From: the human T2T-CHM13v2.0 reference genome, Homo sapiens
Strand: one strand, 5' to 3'
Assembly (NCBI RefSeq): GCF_009914755.1
Contig: NC_060936.1
Length of the DNA stretch: 64,000 nt
Position numbers and translations under genes: made by a program. Positions 53,005-64,000 of this stretch are shown here, piece after piece. Below the pieces are notes generated by a model. It had not been told where the DNA came from, ran no database searches, and saw nothing but the letters and a program-made list of their open reading frames with translations. How positions within the stretch are numbered: the first letter of the stretch is position 1; each line of letters opens with the position of its first letter.

Positions 53005-55691
53005 TGATGTGGTTTGTCTCTGTGTTCCCACCCAAATCTCATCTTGAATTGTAATCCTCGTGTGTCAGGGGAGGGACCTAGTGGGAGGTGATTGGATAAT
53101 GGGGGCGGTCTTCCCCATGCTGTTCTCATGATGGTGAGTTCTCACCAGATCTGATGGTTTAAAAATGTGTGTCAGTTTCCTCCCTCTCTGTCTCTCTTGC
53201 TGCCTTGTGAAGAAGGTGCTTGCTTCTCCTTTGTCTTCCATAATGATTGTAAATTTCCTGAGGCTTCCCTAGTTATGCAGAACTGTGAGTCAATTAAACC
53301 TCTTTTCTTAAAAAATTATGCAGCCTCAGGTAGTTCTTTATAGCAGTGTAAAAACAGACTAATACAGAAAATTGGTACGAGGAATGGGATACTGCTATAA
53401 AGACACCTGAAAATGTGGAAGCAACTTTGGAACTGGGTAACGGACAGATGTTGGAAGAGTTCGAAGGCCTCAGAAGAAGACAGGAAGATGTAGGAAAGTT
53501 TGGAACTTCCTAGAAACTTGTTGAATGGTTTTGACCAAAATGCTGATAGTGATATGGACAATGAAGTCCAGGCTGAGGTGGTCTCAGATGGAGATGAAGA
53601 ACTTATTGGGAACTGGAGCAAAGGTCACTCTTGCTGCTTTGACAAAGAGACTGGTGGTATTTTGCCCCTGCACTGGAGATCTTTCAAATTTTAAACTTGA
53701 AAGAGATGACTTAGTATATCTGGCAGAAGAAACGTCAGAGCAGCAAAGCATTCAGGAGGTGCCTGGCTGTTTCTGAAAGTTTACAGTCATATGCATTCAC
53801 AAAGAGATGGTCTGAAATTGGAACTTATGTTGAAAAGGGAAGCAGCGCATAAAAGCTTGGAAAATTTGCAGCCTCACCATGTGGTAGAAAATAAAAACCC
53901 ATTTTTCTGGGGAGAAATTTAAGCCATCTGGCTGCAAAAATTTGCATATGCAACGAGGAGCTGAGTGGTAATATCCAAGACAATGGGGAAAATGTCTCCA
54001 CAGCATGTCAGAGACCTTTGTGCTAGCCCCTCCCATCACAGGCCTAGAGGCCTAGGAGGGAAAATTGGTTTCTTGGACCAGACCCAGGGCCCCACTGCTC
54101 TGTGCAGCATGAGGACATGGCACTCTGTGTCCCAGCTACTCCAGCTCCAGCCATGGCAAAAATGACCAAGGTACAGCTTGGGCTGTTGCTTCAAGTGGTG
54201 CAAGCCCCAAGTCTCTGCAGCCTCCACATGGTGTTGGGCCTGTGGGTGTGCAGAAGGCAGGAATTTAGGAGCCTTTGCCTAGATTTTAGAGGATGTATGG
54301 AAATGCCTGGATGTCCAGGCACAAGTCTGTTGCAGGGGTGGAGCCCTCATGAAGACCCTCTACTAGGGCAGCACAGAGGGGAAATGTGGGGTTGGAGCCC
54401 CCACACAGAGTCTGCACTAGGCACTGCCTAGTGGAGCTGTGAAAAGAGGGCCACCATCCTCCAGACCCAAGAATGGTAGATTCATTGACAGCTTGCACCA
54501 TGTGCCTTGAGGAACCACAGGCACTCAATGCCAGCCAGTGAAAACAGCCATGGAGGCTGTACTCTGCAGAGCCACAGAGGCAGAGCTACCCAAAGCTGTG
54601 GGAGCCCACCCCTTGCATCAGCATGCCCTCAATGTGAGACATGGAGTCAAAGGAGATTATTTTGGAGCTTTAAGATTCATTGACTCTTCTGCTGGGTTTT
54701 GGACTTGCACGGGTTCTGTAGCCCCTTTGTTTTGGCCAATTTCTCCCATTTGGAATGAGAACATTTACCCAAAGCCCATCACCTCATTGTATCTTGGAAG
54801 TAACCAATTTGTTTTTGATTTTACAGGCTCATAAGTGGAAGGGATTTACCTTGTCTCAGATGAGACTTTGGACTTGGACTTTTGTGTTAATGCTGGAATG
54901 AGTTAAGACTTTGGGAGACTGTTGAGAAGGCATGATTGTGTTTTAAAATGTGAGGACATGAGATTTGGGAGGGACTGGGGCAGAATGACATGGTTTGCTC
55001 TGTGTCCACCCAAGTCTCATCTCAAATTGTAATCCCCATGTGTTGGGGGAGGGACCTGGTTGGAGGTGATTGGATCATGGGGGTGGTTTCCCAATTCTTA
55101 TGATAGTGAGTGAGTTCTTATGAGATTTGGTGGTTTAAAACTGTGTGGCACCTGCCTCCTGCCTTCTCTGGTCGCCTTGTGAAGAAGGTGCTTGCTTCTC
55201 TGTTATGGTTTGGCTGTGTCCCCAACAAAATCTCATCTTGAATTTTAACTCCCACAATTCTCATGTGTCGTGGGAGGAACCCAGTTGTTGGGGGGAGGGG
55301 GCGGTGATTGAATTATGGGAGTGGGTCTTTCCTGTGTTTTTCTCGTGATGGTGAATGAGTCTCATGAGATCTGATGGTTTTAAAAACGGTAATTTCCCTG
55401 CACAAGCTCTCTTTTTGCCTGCTGCCATCCACGTAAGATGTGACTTGCTCCTCCTCGTCTTCCACCACGATTGTGAGGCCTCCCCAGACATGTGGAACTG
55501 TAAGTCCAATAAACCTCTTTCTTTTGTAAATTGCCCAGTCTCAAGTATGTCTTTATCAGCGGCATGAAAACGGACTAATACATTCTTCTTCACCTTCTTC
55601 AATGATTATAAGTTTCCTGAGGCCTCCCCAGCTTTGTGGAACTGTGAGTCAGTTAAACCTCTTTTCTTTATGAATTGCGCAGTCTAATACA
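53005..55691 (+). mobile_element. Full THE1D-like ERVL-MaLR (5' LTR 53005-53366, internal 53367-54985, 3' LTR 54986-55691)
   Basis: TG...CA LTR ends, 5-bp TSD ccctc at 53000-53004 and 55692-55696, purine tract before the 3' LTR. Confidence 0.92.
55201..55582 (+). mobile_element. THE1A-like solo LTR nested in the 3' LTR
   Basis: tgttatggtttggctgtgtcccc...ggactaataca; TSD ttctc/ttctt; tttccctgcacaagctctc and gtaagtccaataaacc. Confidence 0.88.
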
Positions 55692-56019
55692 CCCTCTCTA
55701 TGCATATTCCAGGATGCGGTTTCCTCTGCCCTACTTAATCACTAACACATCTTATACTGTCTAACCTCCAGAATTTTGTTGAGATTCTCTGCTGATGTGT
55801 TTCCTTTGTTTCCTGTTCTCTCTATCACTTAGAGTTTGTTGTATTTAATACCTTTGCTATCATTTTATTGTGGTTTTGGTTGGGAGAGGAAATAAAATGG
55901 CCAATCCACTACCTCGAAAATAAATTAGTACATTTATTTGCCTATCTTCATCTCCTAACTAGTCTGTGAGCTCCTTAAGGGTAGGGAAGGTTATTATTCA
56001 TTTTTATATACCCAAAGTA

Positions 56020-56625
56020 CATCAGTCACTGCCCAGCCAGAAAAATAGAAACCACAAGAAAGATTTCACCAGAGGGAATTTACTAGAGGAATTAGTTTAC
56101 ACATGTATTAGAGGATAGAAAGGACAAAAGGGAGCACTGGGCTCACCTGGAGATATTACTGAGGAAGCTGCTACCAACCTAGCCCTGGGGGAACCAAACA
56201 GGGGAAACTGGGATTGTCAAAAGCTCTAGAACCTCAGAGTAGGGGACCTATGTAGTGGGAGCTCAGGCCACTGAGGGGTGGTTATGACCAGGTTGTAGTT
56301 GGACCTCTAGGGCCCAGTGTTGATGTCGTAGGGATCTCTGAGGGCCAGTGATGAGGCTAGATGTGAGTTGCCAAAAATGTTCAAGCAGAAGCCAGCTGTT
56401 GCAGCTGGGGCTAAGTGCCACTGACAGGAACACTAAGCAAAGAGAAGAAGGAAGAAGGAAGGTGATTGTCTCTTTGTCCTGCCTGCCTTCCCACCTCTCT
56501 CCAGAATTTAACAGGAAGCCAGCTGGCAAAGGGGTCTCAGAAATGTAGTTTACAGAGTCCCTGTCCCAGTATGACAAAGCACAGTATGGAAGAGTAAATT
56601 TGGAGTTGAGACGCAATAGTTGAAA
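56020..56625. mobile_element. Ancient LTR remnant (LTR78/79-like); a related remnant lies at about 61100-61630
   Basis: Shared motifs ggaatt(a/g)gt...ggaagct...aggaa(g)cc...gaaatg(t/c)ag...cagta/gcac. Confidence 0.4.
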
Positions 56626-56845
56626 AAGGGCACAAAGGATCTAACACAATATATATATTTCTAGGCAAAATCTTTCTTAACAGTTTCAGACTTTATTTCT
56701 AACCATTTGTCAGTCATTGCTTTTTGTTGTTCCTTGGGGATATCAAAGGCAAACATAGAAAATTAATTACCAAGCACAAATCAGTTTTCCAGCATTGCAC
56801 TGTACCCCGCAAATGCCTCAACTTTAAATGAAGAAACCAGCAACA

Positions 56846-57466
56846 TGGTGGGAATGTAAATTAGTACAACCACTATGGAAAACAGTGTGGACAGTCCTTA
56901 AAGAACTAAAAGTAGAACTACTATTTGATCCAGCAATCCCACTACTGGGTATTTACCCAGAGGAAAAGAAGTCATTATATGAAAAAGGCACTTGCACATA
57001 CATGTTTATAGCGGCACAATTCACAACTGCAAAAATATGGAACCTAAATGTCCATCAACAAACGAGTGGATCAAGAAAATGTGGTATATATACACCATGG
57101 AATTTTACTCAGCCATATAAAAGAATGAAATGATGGCATTCACAGCAACCTGAATGGAGATGGAGACCATTATTCCAAGTGAAGTAATTCAGGAATGGAA
57201 AACCAAATGTCATGTCTTCTCACTTATAAGTGGGAGTTAAGCTATGAGGACACAAAGGCATAAGAATGATATAATGGACTTTGGGGACTCAGGGGGAAGG
57301 GTGGGAGGGAAGTGAGAGATAAGACTACACATTGGGTACTGTTTATATTGCTCAGGTGATGGGTGCACCAAAATCTAAGAAATCACCACTAGAGAACTTA
57401 TCCATGTAACCAAACACCACCTGTTCCTCCAAAACTAATGAAAAAAAAAAGTTAAAAAAAAAAAAA
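56846..57466 (+). mobile_element. 5'-truncated L1PB 3' end
   Basis: ORF2 C-terminus ([12 protein letters not shown]), poly-A, TSD aagaaa(c/a)cagcaaca at 56831-56845 and 57467-57481. Confidence 0.92.
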
Positions 57467-57519
57467 AAGAAAACAGCAACAAAGTGTTGTTTTCAGAGGA
57501 AGTATAATTACCAAAATGG

Positions 57520-57900
57520 AATGAACCATGTTTTTACCAAAACTTGCCTTCTTCTTGTGTCTTCTTATCTCCAAAAAGGTCAACATTGCCCAGCTACCAA
57601 AGCCCAACTCAGGGGGTAATTCCTACAACTTATTCTCCTTCAACCTCCACATTCCAATCACTGAGTCTTGTCAATTTCACTTCACAGAGTCTCTTAATTC
57701 CATCTTCTCTCCTCAGTTGCCTTTGCGATTGCCTCGATCTGGCCCTGATTACATTTCCTGTGGACCACTGCAGTTACGTCCAAGTGGTCTCATCTTATCT
57801 TTCTTCTTATTTGTTCTTCAGTTGATGACTAGAGTGATTTTAAAAGTTATACAGATCTGATCAGATTAATATCAAGGTTATATCCTTCTATTGATAAAGA
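57520..57900 (+). mobile_element. L2 fragment
   Basis: cccagctaccaaagcccaactc...ccaatcactgagtcttgtcaattt. Confidence 0.6.
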
Positions 57901-58506
57901 TGTTAGTGTTGCTTAATTCTTCAAGGTCATTGAGAGCAGTGTTCTAGCAAGTGTCAATAACTGATGGAAGGGAGAAAGAGAAGAGGGCTGCACATGCCTG
58001 CAGGCGTGTTTGAAATGACTGAATTTCCATTTTGTGCAAGTGCTAGAGGGTGGTATGGAGAAGTAAAGGGCAAAGATTGATCTTGATTCTGAGCATTTGA
58101 AAAAGTGAGATAAAAGGAACATGAGGTAAAGATTGGAAAGAGAAGAGAGAAGAGTAAAATTAGAATCATAACTTTTGTTTCTAATGAGTTGGCAAGCAAT
58201 GGAATTTTTGCATTAATGTGAAGGAAATTAGTTTTATAAATTCCAGAAGTATCTATAACAGTTCCCTAAAAAGATGAAAAGACCCTAGATGATATTGTAA
58301 AGGAGGAGAAAAAAATGTAAAACAGAGAATGAAGTTATTGTGCTTTTTTGAGTTTCAAGAGAATACCAAAAAAAGTTACAAAAATTTTTTCGCAGTTGCT
58401 CTGCATGTGTGTGTGTATGTGTGTGTATTTAATATGAAGAGAATCACCACCATTTTCATGAGCCTATAATAGCAGTTTCTGACATCTGCAAAGCATCCTG
58501 AAATAA

Positions 58507-59112
<606 letters not shown>

Positions 59113-59829
59113 ATTTGGAAAATTGACAGCCAACAAAAGAAAACGTGCTTACATCTCCCTCTATTAGAAACAGCTATAAGTGAACTCATTAAAATCCAAC
59201 CAAACTGAAATAAAATAAAAGAGGCAAAGTTATTTTCATTTCCTGAGCTGGGAAATTTACCTTTTCCAGCAAGACAGGAGATTGATGAGAAAGAGATTAT
59301 ACATCTATTCAGAATTATCTGGCACAGTGCTATAAGTATTTGAAGATGATGGTGATAGGAAGAATAAGAAAATAAAATAGCTGTTTTATTGTGATGTGAA
59401 TAAAAATATTGCCATCAAAGCTTACTCAATAATGCTTTGAGTTTAGATACATTATAAAAAGTCAAAAAACCAGGAAAAGCATTTTACGGTATAAATACCT
59501 CATAGAATTAATAAAGGAAGCCCTGTATAATTTAAAAACAAAATCAAAAGGAATCCCTGAACTTCAGTTTACAGACAGGCTATAACAGATTGCATGATGT
59601 GTACACGTCTGTATGATTGGGTAGGATAGACTTCGCACAGAATCTCCTGGCCAAGGGGGGCTGAGCCCTGGTGGGGCTCACTTAGCCAGGAGGACGGAGG
59701 GCCGTTTTCCAATTTGTTTTCTTAGAGGAAATAACTTTTTATAATCCAACCCTGTCAAAGGGGGCGCTTTTCCTAATTCATTAAAAGTCTTGCACTAAGT
59801 TGGTAGTATAAATATTAATAAAGACCAAG

Positions 59830-60623
<794 letters not shown>

Positions 60624-61532
60624 TGACTTCAGATCTATAGTACTATGTGTATCTGGATAGGAAAATAAAAGACACCATACAGAGCTACCTCTGCCACAAA
60701 GTTACCTTCTTGCAAATCAGAAAGAGAAATCTCTGCTAAACAGACAAGTTGCAAAACATGGCTCTTCTGCAAAGACTAGTCAGAAGAAGGCATCCCTTTT
60801 GGTGGGCCAGGGCATAGGAGGACCAGATTGGAGTCATCTCTTATATACAGGGGCCACTCTATCGGGCACAACCTCAGCCAGTAAACATGGTGGCTTGGCA
60901 GTGTAAAATACCTCAGGATACAGCATACACACATATATGTGCGTGCAATTTAGGGGGAGGAATTAATTTTGTGAACTTGGCCTATGTAAGCAGACTGATA
61001 AACTCCTGGAAGGGATGGGAGTTTGCAAAAACTAACAACTACATGCCAACTTTACCATGTGGGCACAAGAGGATTTTGTAGAGGTGTATGAGGGCCCACC
61101 AGGAACACAGAAACAATTATGGGGAGTTAGAACAGATGAAGTTTAATGCAGGAATTGGTCACCAAGGTGATGGGATTGCTGAGAAGTCAAATAGGAGATA
61201 CTGAGCCAACCTAGATACTGGCAATGGCAGGAAGCTAATGTCACTCTTAGGTGGGGGTGACAAAGAGAGGAGTCAGTTATGCTGGAGTCCAGAGGCCAGG
61301 ACCACTCTATGGAAAATGAGGCCACAGTAGGCCTGGGTGATGTGAGCTGACACTGCAGAGAGAGCCACTGCTGGAGATGCTGGTGAAGGCAGAGAAGGAG
61401 GGGGAGAAACCCACTGGCCTCTCCTTTCCTTTACTTCTTCAGTGTCACTCAAGTACTTCTCCTGGCTGATCCCAGATCCTCCAACCAGAAGGAACCTTGG
61501 AAATGCAGCTTGCGTGGCTCAGCACTCTGCTA

Positions 61533-61978
<446 letters not shown>

Positions 61979-62216
61979 GACAACATAGAGGAAGAAAACT
62001 TTGATATACAATGCAATCTCTCGGAAACTGCCCATTACCCCTGTTGTGAGACCCTCTGGCCTTTAGTTTTCTTGGATACTGAAATGAAACCCAGTTACTG
62101 CAGTTGTGAATCTGGATACCTAGTGCCAATATCAGTCATCCACTGATCCTGCTGTTTGCAATCACAATGTCTTTAGCGTACCCACTTTGCTCTCTCTCAT
62201 GCAAGTATCCTGTAAG

Positions 62217-62430
62217 ACAGTGCCATCCAGTAGAGTTTTCTGTGATGATGGAAATGTTCTATGTCTGTGTTGTCCAATAGGGAAGCCACCAGCCACATGT
62301 GGTCACTAAACACTTGAAATGTGTCTAGTGTAACTGAGGAACTGTATTTTAAATTTTATTTAATTTTAATTATTTATAATTTAAACTTAAATCTCCATTA
62401 TGTGGCTAGGGGCTACCATATTGGATAGAT
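62217..62430. mobile_element. MER3 (hAT-Charlie)
   Basis: ttctgtgatgatggaaatgttctat...agccacatgtgg...cacttgaaatgtg...gctaccatattgga. Confidence 0.85.
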
Positions 62431-63494
62431 TTTCTCTAAGGTATTGGGACTGAGTGTTTGGATAATCTCACTGGTTTATTCTACAAGGGAGAACAGTCTT
62501 TACTTTACTTTCCAGGTAATCCCAGCAATTAAACTAACTAACTCAGATCATCAGAATAGGTTGAAATTTCACTGCATCCTCAGGCTTCGTTGATAATTCT
62601 ATCATGTCCTTAATGCTTCATGCAACCAGGGAGATTCCAAGCCTCTCTTCCTGATGAAGTCAGGGGAGACAGAGAGACTTGTGGAAAGGTCCCTTTGCCA
62701 ATATGCATCTGGGGAGAGCACGGAAGGCAGCACTCCAATTGCTAGCCACAGAGTGGCATGGAGGCATCTGGAAGGTTCTTTTTGTTTCTGTTTTTTGGCC
62801 TCTGAGAGAGGCACAGAAAAGGCTAAAAGGGGGAATTATAACACCTCAGAGGCTGCCACCAAAGAAAATGGCCCAGACCAAAACCAAAACAATAATAACA
62901 GTAACGAAACCAGGATGACACACATCCCAAAGGATATGAGAAAGACAGAGTATGACAGTGGACCTGAAGCCTTGCTTGCATTACAAAATTATGGTTCCTC
63001 CTAGGGCCACCTGGAGTACATTTGACTCCTTTGGATGACAAGATCAGCGCAAAAAACCCTGGATGCACTGAGCTTACGTCCAAACAGAGAAAATACAAAA
63101 ATGACTAAAATTACTCCCCAGAAAACCTGAGTTGCAGACAAAACAATAATAGTTATTATTGTACATAGATAATGTAGGCATGGTCAAGTGTATTCACAGC
63201 AGTTTTGTTTATAGTGGTGAAAAAAAAAGAGAGAGAGAGAGACGGAGAGATTAGAACAATAATACAAACAACAACAGAATAAAATCCTGTCAATAGTAGA
63301 GTGGATAATTTGCAGAATTACTGAGAAAGTAGCACTATACCATAGTGAAAATATGTTCATTAGTGTGGAAGAATTTCCAAGATATTGAATGGAGGAAGCA
63401 AGTCCCAAAATAATATTTGAAAACATTATATAAGGTAGTGGACAAAGCTGAGTAATACTTGATTTAGGGATACATATGTAAGTGGTAGCAACTA

Positions 63495-64000
<506 letters not shown>

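Noticed and set aside
53005-55691. PRDM9 hotspot 13-mer CCTCCCTAGCCAC in the THE1 LTRs
   Set aside because: All three LTRs have non-matching variants (cttccctagttat, cctccccagacat, cctccccagcttt)
59750-59770. CTCF-like AGGGGGCGCT
   Set aside because: The 5' half of the core mismatches, and it probably lies in a MER91-like relic

Overview
Primate genomic DNA, probably hominoid/human, since it carries AluJ/S/Y, L1PA and THE1 elements. The window is intronic/intergenic and repeat-dominated: about 30 Alus, L1s of many ages, MaLR LTRs, MIR, L2 and DNA transposon relics. I cannot identify a known protein-coding gene, and nearly all ORF-track entries are Alu/L1 artefacts. The best-supported unusual structure is at 36062-39949. 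There a young L1PA (about L1PA4) shows both a twin-priming 5' inversion and a 147-bp 3' transduction with its own AATAAA and second poly(A). It is bounded by a 15-bp TSD and nested inside a near-full-length older L1PA13-16-like element. Other items of note: a 49-bp non-Alu/non-L1 retro-insertion with TSD and A-tail (28819-28895); a complete THE1D-like MaLR provirus with a THE1A LTR nested in its 3' LTR that carries a perfect DUX4 motif; two long ORFs in unique DNA (17401-18018 on minus, 21712-22260 on plus); and candidate + strand exons near 24.0-24.9 kb. Subfamily names come from recalled consensus sequences and need RepeatMasker confirmation. No novel multi-gene system is supported.
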